DNA of 64,000 nt from Patescibacteria group bacterium (GTDB lineage Bacteria > Patescibacteriota > Minisyncoccia > Phycocordibacterales > JBHPGB01): contig JBHPGB010000003.1 of assembly GCA_042571085.1 (NCBI GenBank), forward strand, positions 6,261-70,260, read 5' to 3'. The first letter of the stretch is position 1. The number at the start of each line of letters is the position of its first letter. The position numbers and the translations under genes are program-made. The notes beneath the pieces are model-generated. The model was given only the letters and a program-made list of their open reading frames with translations. It made no database searches and was not told where the DNA came from. Of the stretch, positions 20,413 through 30,780 are shown piece by piece.

Positions 20413-20721
20413 TTACGCAACAGGTTCTGGGGCGTTTAATTCTAGATCGGTTGGTTCACCCTCCTTTATGCGGTCCATGTTATCTATAAACGATTCCCAA
20501 ATTAAATCTATAAAAATATCGTTCCATAAATAAAGAGCCGGTCGCTGTAAATAATTATCCCAAATATTTACAATAAAGTTCCATACATATGATAGATTTT
20601 TTTGTACTGGCTCAGACTCCATAATTGAACGCAAATCAAAGCCAAAGTAACCTAGTATGATAACTGCGATTATTATTATGATGATTGTTTTTATAAGACC
20701 TCCTTGTGTGTTTGTGATCAT
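20413..20721 (-). CDS. Small membrane protein, hypothetical
   Basis: QGG followed by a pilin-like hydrophobic helix; TATGAT 6 nt before ATG. Confidence 0.7.
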   Translation of the reverse strand: MITNTQGGLIKTIIIIIIAVIILGYFGFDLRSIMESEPVQKNLSYVWNFIVNIWDNYLQRPALYLWNDIFIDLIWESFIDNMDRIKEGEPTDLELNAPEPVA

Positions 20722-20769
20722 ATATTAATCATAACAGAAGAAATTAGACCGAACAAGAAATTGTTCGGT

Positions 20770-21042
20770 CTAAGGTGTTTTTTTGGGAGCTTCGAAATTG
20801 ATCAGAGATAGATGGTGAAATGCATCACCGCCACATAAACATTCTTCATGACCTCTGATACGTCCCCATATTCTTCCTAATTTATCAAAACCAACACACT
20901 CTATAATTTCCATGTGCCAATAGCCACCACTTGTCGATGTGAACAGGTCACCCTTCTCTATATCAGTCCCGTCTACTTCAGCTGATGCTATTATGACGTG
21001 GTGGCCAGTTCGCGTTTTTACAATATTGATTTTTTTGGACAT
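20770..21042 (-). CDS. Small orphan protein (90 aa)
   Basis: GGAGG SD upstream; hairpin 20745-20771 downstream. Confidence 0.55.
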   Translation of the reverse strand: MSKKINIVKTRTGHHVIIASAEVDGTDIEKGDLFTSTSGGYWHMEIIECVGFDKLGRIWGRIRGHEECLCGGDAFHHLSLINFEAPKKTP

Positions 21043-21095
21043 TTGCCTGTACCTCCATTGCTATGTCGTATCCTAACTAAATACTATCAATGCCT

Positions 21096-22370
21096 CTAAA
21101 GATAATCAAGCGGATTCATATAAGCATTATATGATGCAACAGGAATACGCGCATTTGCACAGTTGGTTATTTTTTTGATGTCACCTAGGCGAACAATTTG
21201 AACTCCTTGGCTAGCATATACGGTAAAGTGTAAATGTGGACCCGTTGAGTAGCCAGTATTGCCGCTATAGCCAATTACATCGCCTGTAACCACTGTTTGC
21301 CCGGCAGATGCTTTTGTAAGAGATAGATGGGCGTACATAGTACTAAGACCATTATTATGCTTTACGAGCACCCATTTACCATATGAATAGCAGCCAGGAT
21401 ATTGATCTGTGTCCCCTGTTTCGACCACAGTCCCAGACAAGGCTGCTTTTATTGGCGTACCAACAGAAGCACGGAAATCAATCCCGTTGTGTCCGCTGCC
21501 GCTATATGCGCCTGATTTTGCAAATTTAGTGTTACCAAAATATTGTGTGACATATATGGAATCAAGTGGCCATCGCAGTATCCCCTTTCCTACCGGTGGC
21601 AATAAGTTTGGATCAATCGCGATGCGAAGCTCAGACTCCAATGCATTCAACTCTTGTTCAAATTGTTCACGCAGTCTCTTTTTTTCCGCTAAGATTTTTT
21701 CGTATTCCGCTTCCTGGTTTTTTGTTTCTTTGAGCAAAGTATTTTTTTTGTAGCGTTCATTATCTGCAATAGATTTTTGATCAGATAGTTTTGATTTGTA
21801 TGACACTAAATTACTGCGCTCGTCTTCAATTTCTGTTTTTTTGTTTTCAAGTGTTTCTTTCAAACTTTCAAGCTCTTTCACGCTGTCACTCATGCCTTTT
21901 TGGAAACGCTGATATCCTTCTACATCATCCCAGAAGTTGGAAATATTTCTGCTCGATAGCGCTAACTCAGCAAGTGACAATTCTTCTATTTCATTTATGT
22001 TTCTGATTGTATCTTTTATAACATCCACATTCTCTCCTATGTCACGTTTTTTATTACCAATTTCCAATTCTAGTTTTTCAATACTTAAGGACGATGCATA
22101 TATTTCATTTTGAGTTACTTTGATATTTGTTGACAGTTTTCTACGAGTTATGTCTATAGTCTTTACTTCTTTGTTCAAACTTTCTTTCTCTTTTGATGTT
22201 TCGTTTAGTTGTGTTTGATACTCATTTATTTCTTGTTCCAATTTTTCAATTTCTACTTCCCTGCCTGAAATTTTATTTTTCAAATCATCAATAAGGCCCG
22301 CATGCGTAGGAGCAACGGACATTGTAAGTAATACAAATGTTGAAATTAAAATCAGATAAATTTTTTGCAT
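21096..22370 (-). CDS. M23 peptidase with long coiled coil (EnvC-like)
   Basis: Signal peptide, coiled coil, HNGID, YAHL, STGPHLHF. Confidence 0.92.
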   Translation of the reverse strand: MQKIYLILISTFVLLTMSVAPTHAGLIDDLKNKISGREVEIEKLEQEINEYQTQLNETSKEKESLNKEVKTIDITRRKLSTNIKVTQNEIYASSLSIEKLELEIGNKKRDIGENVDVIKDTIRNINEIEELSLAELALSSRNISNFWDDVEGYQRFQKGMSDSVKELESLKETLENKKTEIEDERSNLVSYKSKLSDQKSIADNERYKKNTLLKETKNQEAEYEKILAEKKRLREQFEQELNALESELRIAIDPNLLPPVGKGILRWPLDSIYVTQYFGNTKFAKSGAYSGSGHNGIDFRASVGTPIKAALSGTVVETGDTDQYPGCYSYGKWVLVKHNNGLSTMYAHLSLTKASAGQTVVTGDVIGYSGNTGYSTGPHLHFTVYASQGVQIVRLGDIKKITNCANARIPVASYNAYMNPLDYL

Positions 22371-22479
22371 GAAAATGTTGTTTTACAATAGTATTTTATC
22401 AATATTTAGCTTTAATTACAAAAAAATAAAAAACCCGCTACTGTTTTTATGTGGCGGGATTTTTATTGTTAAATAAATT

Positions 22480-23790
22480 TTAAGAAACTGATTCAAGACG
22501 TTTGACAGCTTCTTCTTTTCCTAAAATGTAAGCGAGTGTGAATGGGTCTGGAGATTTGTCGCGTCCTGAAAGTGCCATACGCATAGGCCAGAGAACGTTA
22601 CCTCTCCCCTCTTTTTCAGCATAATCCCAAATTGTTTCCTTGATTGTATCTGGGCTTGTGAAGTCTGCATCTTCCAGCAGCTCCGCAACTTTCTTTAGAT
22701 GTGTTTTTGCTTGTTCAAGCGAATCAGTTTTCCAAACAAGTTTTTCAGGATTTATTTCCTGTGCATTAGTGTAATAATCAAACTCACCCTCCCTTTTCAT
22801 TTCTTCTATGTCACTCCATTTTGAAATTCGCTCCATTATAATTGGAGTTATTTTTTTGAGTATATCACTCGGAATTTCTGGCAAATATTTTTTTATGGTT
22901 TGTTCTGTGATGTCTTCGGGGGTATTTGCGAGGTATTGTTTGTTTGTCCAATTAAGCTTATCTTGATTGAATACAGCACCTCCTTTTTGTACTTTTTCTA
23001 GAGTAAATTCTTCAATTAATTCTTCCATAGAAAAGAATTCCCTATCATCTCCAGGGTTCCATCCAATCATTGCGAGAAAGTTTACCAGCGCCTCTGGCAG
23101 GTATCCTTGATTGATATATTCGCTCACCGAAACAGCGCCGTGGCGTTTTGAGAGCTTGCTCTTATCAGTAGCTAGAATGAGTGGAATATGGGCATATTTA
23201 GGCTCTGGAGCGCCTATTGCGCGTTGTATAAGGATTTGTCTAGGGGTATTAGAAATACCATCCTCTCCGCGGATTACATGTGTGACCCCCATTTCAAAAT
23301 CGTCCACAACTACAGCAAGGTGGTATAGTGGTGAGTCCATATCTTTTGCAATTACAAAATCTTTAAGCTCGGTCGTATCAAACTCAATGTCACCACGGAT
23401 TAGATCATTGAACTTTACTTTTTCATTTGGATTTTTGAAACGAATTACTTTTCCAGTACCATCAGCATTTTCTTCTGCTTCGTATGCTGATCCGTCACCA
23501 ATCATTTTTTCTAAATATTTTTTATATACATCTCCCCTCTCAGACTGACGCACAATTTTGTTTTCATTATCCCAGTCTATACCAAGTGATTTTAATCCAT
23601 TCAAAATGTCTTCCTCAAACTCTTTTGTGCTGCGCTCTTTGTCTGTGTCTTCAATTCGCAAAAGAAATTCACCGCCATGTTTGCGTGCGTAAAGAAAATT
23701 GAACAGTGCTGTTCGCGCAGATCCAATATGCAAAAACCCCGTCGGAGACGGTGCAAAACGAGTTATTATTTTTTCTTGACTTTGTGACAT
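22480..23790 (-). CDS. gltX: Glutamyl-tRNA synthetase
   Basis: RFAPSPTG.LHIG, LRIEDTD, KLSKR. Confidence 0.96.
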   Translation of the reverse strand: MSQSQEKIITRFAPSPTGFLHIGSARTALFNFLYARKHGGEFLLRIEDTDKERSTKEFEEDILNGLKSLGIDWDNENKIVRQSERGDVYKKYLEKMIGDGSAYEAEENADGTGKVIRFKNPNEKVKFNDLIRGDIEFDTTELKDFVIAKDMDSPLYHLAVVVDDFEMGVTHVIRGEDGISNTPRQILIQRAIGAPEPKYAHIPLILATDKSKLSKRHGAVSVSEYINQGYLPEALVNFLAMIGWNPGDDREFFSMEELIEEFTLEKVQKGGAVFNQDKLNWTNKQYLANTPEDITEQTIKKYLPEIPSDILKKITPIIMERISKWSDIEEMKREGEFDYYTNAQEINPEKLVWKTDSLEQAKTHLKKVAELLEDADFTSPDTIKETIWDYAEKEGRGNVLWPMRMALSGRDKSPDPFTLAYILGKEEAVKRLESVS

Positions 23791-23873
23791 ATATGTTTTA
23801 ATCTGAACGTCAGATGTTTCTTTGGCTATAAGCCAATAATCGTAATTGTATCAGAGAACGAAGGAGAAATAAA

Positions 23874-24416
23874 ATGGTAGAAGAACAGAAAGACAGCGGT
23901 GTGTTTTTGGTTGATGAGTTTAATCACTTTACACCTCACAGTGTCTGTATTGACCCAAACCCAACTAGGTTGACGACAGAAATGCTTGGGCGGTTTGCTG
24001 TTACTGGTGGAGACTGGTCCGAAAAAAGGATGCACAGAAATGTTTTAAGCGCATTGTTGTGTCTTGATAAATTTCGTATAGAAATTTCTCTTTCTGTGGA
24101 TTTGGAGCATAAAAAATTAACCCCAAGTGTTGTTTGGGGGACAATTAGTTTTGGCGGGGTCGAAATTCTGCGATTCTGTAAAGATGGTTTATATATGTTA
24201 TCCCAGTGGCCACAGATGATTGGTGTGTACGATCTTGATCCCACACAAATGAGTGTTGATGATTGGCGAGATTTCTTTGCTCAGGGACTACAAAAGGAAA
24301 TTGATAAACGTGCAGCGGTAGCAAGTAAAACAAAAAAGCAGTCAATTGATTTGCTAGACACATTGTTTGGTGCACAGACAGCATTAAAACCAGGCCTTGA
24401 GGAAGAGGAGACCTAG
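23874..24416 (+). CDS. Orphan protein (180 aa)
   Basis: AAGGAG SD; terminator hairpin 24428-24466. Confidence 0.65.
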   Translation: MVEEQKDSGVFLVDEFNHFTPHSVCIDPNPTRLTTEMLGRFAVTGGDWSEKRMHRNVLSALLCLDKFRIEISLSVDLEHKKLTPSVVWGTISFGGVEILRFCKDGLYMLSQWPQMIGVYDLDPTQMSVDDWRDFFAQGLQKEIDKRAAVASKTKKQSIDLLDTLFGAQTALKPGLEEEET

Positions 24417-24483
24417 GCACACAGAGTAATACCAGCAAGACACAGGATTGTGTCTTGCTGGTATTTTGTTTAATCTCAATTTT

Positions 24484-25611
24484 CTACTTCTCGTGTTTTA
24501 GTGCGAGGTTAAGGATTTCGCGGGCTATTTTTTCTCCGGCATCTGGGCGGGCAAATTCTTTTGCAGCTTGCTTCATTTCTTCTCTTGTATTTTCGTCGTC
24601 CATAAGTCTATCAATTGATGACATGAGCACATGTGGACTAAGATTTTTTTCTTCCACAACTAAACACGCTCCGCTTCTGGCATAAGTAAATGCGTTGCTG
24701 CGTTGATCGTGACTTATCTCCTCTGGGATTGGAATAATAATACTTGGTAAGCCCCAAGTAGCGATTTCAAATATAGAGGATCCGGCACGCGATATTACAA
24801 CATCAGAAATACCAGCAGACATCTTCATTGCAAGGTCGTTTAGATATTCAAAAGGTTTGTATCTATTTTTGTTTGGTGAGTCTTGCAGTATCACTGAAGC
24901 TGTACCAGAAATTTCTTTAAAGTGTTCTTTTCCTGTTTGGTGTATAACTTGATATTTTTTTACTAGCTCAGGCAATACGCCAAGTATTGCCTCATTTATT
25001 CTTTGTGCACCTTGTGATCCGCCGAGTATTAAGATAACAGGAGTTTGTTTTTCTAATTTCAAAAACTCATGAGCACCACTTGTTTGTGGGATTGAAATAT
25101 TTTTACGTATTGGATTTCCTGTGAGCGCGACACGATCTTCTGGGAAATATTGTGCTGCATCCGGATATGAAACCGCAATTCGTTTTGCAAACTTCCCTGC
25201 CCACTTATTTACTTTTCCGGGCTTTGAATCAGATTCATGTATGATTACTGGAATTCCTAAAAAGCGAGCAGCGAAAAGTGTCGGAAAGCTACCGTAACCC
25301 CCTTTGCCGAATACTACGTCAGGGAAGATTCTATACAATTGCCACGTTGCTTTAATGATTCCTGTTGCTGTTTTAAAAATATCAAAGAAGTTTTTGATTG
25401 AGAAATGTTTACGAACTTTACCAGCTGGAGCTTGTTTGAATTCTATACCGTGCTCAAAAAGCTCTTTTTTATCATATGGATTAGGTGCAACAAAATACAT
25501 TTGTGTTTCCAACAAATGTTCTTTTGATGCCAGTTCATTTATTTCTTCAGCTATTGCGATAATTGGATAAAAGTGTCCACCTGTACCGCCACCTGTAAAT
25601 AGAATTTTCAT
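24484..25611 (-). CDS. murG: Lipid II GlcNAc transferase
   Basis: TGGGTGGH, GKGGY, GNPIR, GGSQGA, SRAG. Confidence 0.96.
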   Translation of the reverse strand: MKILFTGGGTGGHFYPIIAIAEEINELASKEHLLETQMYFVAPNPYDKKELFEHGIEFKQAPAGKVRKHFSIKNFFDIFKTATGIIKATWQLYRIFPDVVFGKGGYGSFPTLFAARFLGIPVIIHESDSKPGKVNKWAGKFAKRIAVSYPDAAQYFPEDRVALTGNPIRKNISIPQTSGAHEFLKLEKQTPVILILGGSQGAQRINEAILGVLPELVKKYQVIHQTGKEHFKEISGTASVILQDSPNKNRYKPFEYLNDLAMKMSAGISDVVISRAGSSIFEIATWGLPSIIIPIPEEISHDQRSNAFTYARSGACLVVEEKNLSPHVLMSSIDRLMDDENTREEMKQAAKEFARPDAGEKIAREILNLALKHEK

Positions 25612-25731
25612 CCCGTTAGAGATAGGAAAGATAATTTCCGTATCTGATTATGTGTTGTTAAAAAATTGACCAAAATCTCGCCATGTTCCATTTTGCCACA
25701 AAAGACAGCTTGGATCTCTAACGGGATTCAT
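25609..25731 (-). mobile_element. Start-codon-inserted inverted-repeat element, copy 1 (murG)
   Basis: ATGAA-TCCCGTTAGAGA...TCTCTAACGGG-ATGAA; 120 nt between the two ATGs. Confidence 0.85.
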
Positions 25732-25734
25732 AAA

Positions 25735-26838
25735 TTAAAAGTTTGTTTTATGTCTTGAAATATTTAGTACAATTCCTATCATTGCGAGTGTGATCAGCAT
25801 TGCCGTACCGCCGTGACTAATAAATATTAGCGGTAATCCCGTGAGTGGAAATACCCCCAAAATTGAAGCTATGTTGGTAAATGATTGTACTACGATCATT
25901 ATAACAATCCCGGAAGCAAGAAGTCCACTAAAGCTGTCTGGAGCAGATTTGGCGATATGCAGACCGCGTAAGAGGAATAATAAGAAAAGGACGATTATCA
26001 CACTACTTCCCATGAAGCCGAATTCTTCGCTAGCTACTGCAAATACGGAATCCCCTATTGGCTCAGGTAAGAAATTGAATTTTTGTACTGATTGCCCAAA
26101 CCCTTTTCCAAACATTTCTCCAGATCCTATCGCAATTAGCGACTGCTGTATTTGCCACCCTGCTCCTTGCGGGTCACGGCCAGGGTCAACAAATGTTAAC
26201 ATTCTGTCCATTACATATGGCCTGCTAAATGCGAGTGCCGTAAGCATTAAAATACCAACTAAAATTAAAGAAAAAAGATGCTTCCATTTACCGCCAGCTA
26301 TTAGAAAAATAGCACAAGAGGTTGCAGCAATTACAAGAAATGTCCCGGTGTCTGGTTGTGACAAAAGAAGAAATCCATTAATCATTAACACAACACACAG
26401 TGGCATAAATCCCCACTTAATTGTGTGCACCCTGTTTCGTATTGATGCATACCACGCAGACAAATATAGTATCGTACCAAACTTTAAAAATTCTGCTGGC
26501 TGAAAAGAGAATGGTCCAATAGATATCCAACGCTTTGCTCCACCATGTTCAAATCCAAAAAGAGGAATTAGTGTAAGAACAGTAAGTACGATTGATAATA
26601 CAAAAATATGTAAAGCATATTTTTTCCAGTTCCTATAATATATTTTTGAAAAAAAAGTCATCGCACCGAGCCCCAGCACGATGCCAAAAAAAACTTGATT
26701 AAAAACAATTGCAGAGAAGCCAGCGCCTTCACGTGCGTGTAAGCCAAGAGAGGCTGATATAAATATAAAAAAACCGCTACACAGTAGAACCAGAACGATT
26801 ATGAGAAATGTTTTGTCTATGGGATTATATGTATTCAT
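25735..26838 (-). CDS. ftsW: SEDS peptidoglycan polymerase FtsW
   Basis: GAKRWI, FQPAEFLK, QPDTGT, GLPLIFISHGG; between mraY and murG. Confidence 0.93.
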   Translation of the reverse strand: MNTYNPIDKTFLIIVLVLLCSGFFIFISASLGLHAREGAGFSAIVFNQVFFGIVLGLGAMTFFSKIYYRNWKKYALHIFVLSIVLTVLTLIPLFGFEHGGAKRWISIGPFSFQPAEFLKFGTILYLSAWYASIRNRVHTIKWGFMPLCVVLMINGFLLLSQPDTGTFLVIAATSCAIFLIAGGKWKHLFSLILVGILMLTALAFSRPYVMDRMLTFVDPGRDPQGAGWQIQQSLIAIGSGEMFGKGFGQSVQKFNFLPEPIGDSVFAVASEEFGFMGSSVIIVLFLLFLLRGLHIAKSAPDSFSGLLASGIVIMIVVQSFTNIASILGVFPLTGLPLIFISHGGTAMLITLAMIGIVLNISRHKTNF

Positions 26839-26859
26839 TTTTAAGATTAGAAGCCCAAC

Positions 26860-27918
26860 TTATCCAACAAGGGCTATTATTACTCCCATGGTTGCGAATA
26901 TTGCTGTGATAATCCAGTACCGCATCGTCACCTTATATCCTGGCCAACCAATGGCTTCAAAGTGATGATGTATTGGAGCAACTTGAAATACTTTCTTACC
27001 GCTACGGAATTTCTTTGAACCTACTTGGATTATGTTTGAGACTACTGTTGCGAAGAGAGGAAATGCAATTATCGGCAAAAGCAAAACATGTCCGGTAAGA
27101 AATGCCACCACTGCGAGCGTCACCGTGAGCGCCATACTTCCAGTTTCTGCCATATAGAATCGCGCAGGCGGTATGTTGAACCACAAGAAAGCAAGTAATC
27201 CTCCAGCTATTGCGAATGAAAATGCAGCAAGGTCAATTTGATTTTGAAAGAATGCAATTATTCCATATGCAGAATATATAAGAGAAAATACTCCACCAGC
27301 GAGGCCGTCTATGCCATCAATTACTCCGCTAGAGTAAAGAGCCAGCATTACAGCAATAAAGAATGGTATAAACCAAATGCCTATAAAAATTTCTCCAACA
27401 AAAGGTACGAGCACTGATGCAACACCAAGTTTTACAAAGAACCACCATGCGCCAATCCCTCCCATCACAAAGACTATTCCCAGACGTTTTTTAAGTGATA
27501 ATCCACCAGCAATATAATCTGCTTTTCCAGACACTTCTAGCCAATCATCTATGAGTCCAACCAATGCCCCGATTGTAAATGTGAAGAGCGGTAGCCATGT
27601 TTGGTTACGGCTTAGAAAATCTAGCTTTGTGCTCAATTCTGTTGGCGCTACTTCTGAAATTATCCATATAACAAACATTGCTATAAAAACACTTGCCCAG
27701 ATAATCACGCCACCCATTTTGGGTGTACCGATTTCTTTTCCTGCGTGGAGCTTGCTAAATATAGGCGTGCCACCACCAGCCATACCAACAGATTTCACAG
27801 TCTTCTTCCACATTTTGTATTTGTATAAATAATGGGTAAGAATTGGCGTGATCGCAATACCTATAAAGAAAGTAAGTGCGAATGGTGCGAGTATTTTTAT
27901 GAGGTTTATTATTTCCAT
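26860..27918 (-). CDS. mraY: Phospho-MurNAc-pentapeptide transferase
   Basis: GTPKMGG, DD, DGIDGL, FNIPPA, APIHHHFE. Confidence 0.95.
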   Translation of the reverse strand: MEIINLIKILAPFALTFFIGIAITPILTHYLYKYKMWKKTVKSVGMAGGGTPIFSKLHAGKEIGTPKMGGVIIWASVFIAMFVIWIISEVAPTELSTKLDFLSRNQTWLPLFTFTIGALVGLIDDWLEVSGKADYIAGGLSLKKRLGIVFVMGGIGAWWFFVKLGVASVLVPFVGEIFIGIWFIPFFIAVMLALYSSGVIDGIDGLAGGVFSLIYSAYGIIAFFQNQIDLAAFSFAIAGGLLAFLWFNIPPARFYMAETGSMALTVTLAVVAFLTGHVLLLPIIAFPLFATVVSNIIQVGSKKFRSGKKVFQVAPIHHHFEAIGWPGYKVTMRYWIITAIFATMGVIIALVG

Positions 27919-27991
27919 TGAGTATAAGTATATAATATTTAGACTTTTCTATCAAAAAAGCGGGCCAATTGGCCCGCTTTGTTTTATGATA

Positions 27992-28918
27992 CTATCTAGC
28001 CACTGTATGCAAACTTGCCCAGAGGAGCTTTTTAGAATCTTCAAATCTTCCATCTACACTTGATCCTAATACTGAAATTGCAATTGGCTTCATGGGACCA
28101 GCCTCGTATACGATTACCAGATTACCTCCGGCAAGATCCGTGAAGCCTGTTTTCGATGCTACGATTCCAGGAAATGTTTCAACATTTTTGTTTGTATTTC
28201 TTGCGTCGTATGTTGCGTGTGAGGAGTACGTATGAACATCCGGGCGCGTGGTGGCTTCAAGCAAGTGTGGGTAATTCGCAACCACATGCCCAAGCAGTAC
28301 CGCCATATCTTTCGCTGATCCGTATGCACCAGCTATTCCCGTGCTTTCGTCTAAGCCGCTTTCATTCAAGAAAAATGTTTGTGTCATGCCGAGCGCACGG
28401 GCTTTATCATTCATTTTCTGTATAAAATATTCTTGTGGATTTTCTGCATCATTATCATCGGCAGATCTTGAAGCGAAGTTTGCTACAGACGCGGCCGCTC
28501 GCGCACCATCGTTTGATGATGAGACGAGTGTAAAATCAAGCATATCTTTTAGTCGCCACAACTCCCCTACCAAAAAACCACTATCACCCTCTGGCTCAAG
28601 TGTGTCATGCGCGATTCTTATTTTTAGCCCACTGTTTGGTGCGAGTTCTGTAGCAATCAGAGCAGTCATTACTTTTGTAACAGACGCGAGTGGAAATTGT
28701 TGGTTTTCATTTTTTGTATATAATACTTCTCCAGAATTTAAATCAAGCACATATGCAGCCTTTGCCTCAATAGAAATATTTTCAAATGGATTTTGTGTTT
28801 CAGTAGCCGCCTGTCTTTTTGGAAGTTCGTCATGTGTCAAAACACGCCAAAAGTGTGGCGTGGTAAAGGCGATTGTTGCCACCAATACAAGCGATAGGAT
28901 TGTTCTCTGATTAGACAT
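27992..28918 (-). CDS. D-Ala-D-Ala carboxypeptidase (S11)
   Basis: ASVTK, SSND, KTGFT; signal/anchor helix. Confidence 0.9.
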   Translation of the reverse strand: MSNQRTILSLVLVATIAFTTPHFWRVLTHDELPKRQAATETQNPFENISIEAKAAYVLDLNSGEVLYTKNENQQFPLASVTKVMTALIATELAPNSGLKIRIAHDTLEPEGDSGFLVGELWRLKDMLDFTLVSSSNDGARAAASVANFASRSADDNDAENPQEYFIQKMNDKARALGMTQTFFLNESGLDESTGIAGAYGSAKDMAVLLGHVVANYPHLLEATTRPDVHTYSSHATYDARNTNKNVETFPGIVASKTGFTDLAGGNLVIVYEAGPMKPIAISVLGSSVDGRFEDSKKLLWASLHTVAR

Positions 28919-28938
28919 AAATTGATTATTTACAGGCC

Positions 28939-29490
28939 TTAAGCCACTTCCTCTTCTTCCTCTTTTTGTTCTTCAAAACTCTCTATTTCCACTTTCACAT
29001 TTTCATAATCTGGCAGCTCTGTAATATCTGTTATACCAAGATGAGCGAAAAGTTCAAATGTTGGTTTGTATAGAAAGCTTCTTTGGTCTTCAGGGTTGCT
29101 CGTGCGTTCAACAAGTCCGCGCACCATCAAGTTGCGTAGAATGAAGCCTGAGTTTACACCACGAATGTAGTCTACCCTACTTTTTGCAATTGGTCCGAGA
29201 TATAAAACTATAGCAAGTGTTTCCAGACCTGCTTTACCCAAGTCTTTGTTCAGCTCTTCTTTTACGAGCGCTTCAATAATGTCTCCAAATTCAGGAGCAG
29301 TACCAATCATAACCACATCGTCTTTTTTAATTAATCTTATTCCCCTGTCGCTTAGGCTTTCTTTCAATTCAGAAACAGCATTAAGAGCATCTTCTTCTTG
29401 CACGCTCAACATAGCAGCCAAATTTTTTATTTTTGTTGGCCCGTTTTGGTAAAAAAGTATTGCTTCTATTTTTTTTGATAATTCATTCAT
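28939..29490 (-). CDS. scpB: Segregation/condensation protein B
   Basis: IEAILF, LETLAIV, IRGVNS. Confidence 0.93.
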   Translation of the reverse strand: MNELSKKIEAILFYQNGPTKIKNLAAMLSVQEEDALNAVSELKESLSDRGIRLIKKDDVVMIGTAPEFGDIIEALVKEELNKDLGKAGLETLAIVLYLGPIAKSRVDYIRGVNSGFILRNLMVRGLVERTSNPEDQRSFLYKPTFELFAHLGITDITELPDYENVKVEIESFEEQKEEEEEVA

Positions 29491-29664
29491 CCCGTTAGAG
29501 ATAGGAAATAAAATTTCCGTATCTGATTATGTATTGTTAAACATTGATCAAAATCTCATTATATTCCATTTTGCCATAAAAGACAGTTTGGACCTGCCCG
29601 CCACTGCCTAATTCGTCCCAAATGTCAGTCAGGCGATGGCAGGCGGGTATCTAACGGGATTCAT
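29488..29664 (-). mobile_element. Start-codon-inserted element, copy 2 (scpB), with nested 55-bp hairpin
   Basis: Same termini as copy 1; 174 nt between ATGs. Confidence 0.85.
29593..29647 (-). repeat. Nested 55-bp REP-like hairpin, copy 1
   Basis: CCTGCCCGCCACTGCC...GGCGATGGCAGGCGGG; identical to 32712-32766; absent from element copies 1 and 4. Confidence 0.85.
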
Positions 29665-29672
29665 GTTGTTTT

Positions 29673-30404
29673 TTATTCGTATTTTGGTGTGCCCACCTCT
29701 TTAGATTCTATATCTATGTCTCCAAATTTCATATCTTGCTTCACATCAATAACATTCTGCTTCACAAGCTCAAGCATTGCAAGGAAACTCACGACCACAT
29801 CTACACGTTCTTTTTTTCCCATTCCGGAAAATTCAGTAAAGCTCATTTTAAAACTATTTTTAATTCGCTCGGCGAGATTGTCCATTCTCTCTTCCAGACT
29901 AATAACTTTCTGCACAACAGCTTGAGGAATAATATCTTTTTTTGGCAACTTCTTTAAAACATCTTTTATTGATGCGAATATGTTTTCTGTATTTGTGTAT
30001 TTATCAGGTGAAAACACCATCTCTGTATTTTTGCGAATTGTTTTTTCAAACATCATATTCTTACCGAAACTTTTTTCAATACCCTCCCCGAGTTCGCGCA
30101 TGCGTTTATATATTTTCAATCTTGTTTCCAAATCCTCCACACTCTCCTTTTCTTCTTCAGTGAGCGATAAAGTCGGTAAAAGAGATTTTGATTTTATAAG
30201 AACAAGGGTTGATGCTACGAGCACAAAATCAGCTGTATTTTTCACAGAAAAATCCTCAAGCCTTTTCGTGTATTCAATATACTCATCTGCAACAGCGGCC
30301 AAAGATATGTCGTTTATAAAAAATTTCCTCTTCTCTATCAAAGAAAGAAGTAGGTCTAAAGGCCCCTCAAACACGTCTGTTTTTATTTCAAATGCACTGC
30401 TCAT
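29673..30404 (-). CDS. scpA: Segregation/condensation protein A
   Basis: FEGPLDLLL, IKSKSLLP, FLAMLEL. Confidence 0.95.
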   Translation of the reverse strand: MSSAFEIKTDVFEGPLDLLLSLIEKRKFFINDISLAAVADEYIEYTKRLEDFSVKNTADFVLVASTLVLIKSKSLLPTLSLTEEEKESVEDLETRLKIYKRMRELGEGIEKSFGKNMMFEKTIRKNTEMVFSPDKYTNTENIFASIKDVLKKLPKKDIIPQAVVQKVISLEERMDNLAERIKNSFKMSFTEFSGMGKKERVDVVVSFLAMLELVKQNVIDVKQDMKFGDIDIESKEVGTPKYE

Positions 30405-30441
30405 TTGCATACAATATACCTTAAATTGGCAATAAAATAAA

Positions 30442-30463
30442 CGGCTCAACGTAAGTTGAGCCG
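30442..30463. repeat. GGCTCAAC-family palindrome, copy 2
   Basis: CGGCTCAAC-GTAA-GTTGAGCCG; follows the orphan gene as a terminator. Confidence 0.65.
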
Positions 30464-30485
30464 GTCAATGTGTGTTCACTTGGAT

Positions 30486-30695
30486 TCAAATTTCTCTTGA
30501 TCCGCAAAATAGACAAAAATGCTGTGCGTCATGTGTAATCACACTTGTTTCGTGCTGACAGCCTTTCTGTAGATACTCCAGCATTTTATGTATTTGAGGA
30601 GGGATTTCTGGCTTTTTGTGCTTTTCATCTACAAGCATCACTAGTAGTATTCTTCCGCGTAATTCAACTAATTCGTGTGGCTCCAATCGGCACAT
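30486..30695 (-). CDS. Small orphan protein with C-terminal CxH...CxxC
   Basis: AGGAGG SD; CQH...CLFCG putative Zn site. Confidence 0.55.
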   Translation of the reverse strand: MCRLEPHELVELRGRILLVMLVDEKHKKPEIPPQIHKMLEYLQKGCQHETSVITHDAQHFCLFCGSREI

Positions 30696-30780
30696 AGATA
30701 CCTCCTGTGCATGTACAAAATCTATATATTAAAACTACCAGTAAATGGTAAAAGTTACAAATAAAAATTGATGCTGTCAA

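Noticed and set aside
25609-25731. Element as a translated N-terminal extension of MurG
   Set aside because: In frame but interrupted by TAA; copy 2 has an early TGA and the other three copies are out of frame
4001-28918. Split dcw cluster as a novelty
   Set aside because: Rearranged dcw clusters are common in reduced genomes
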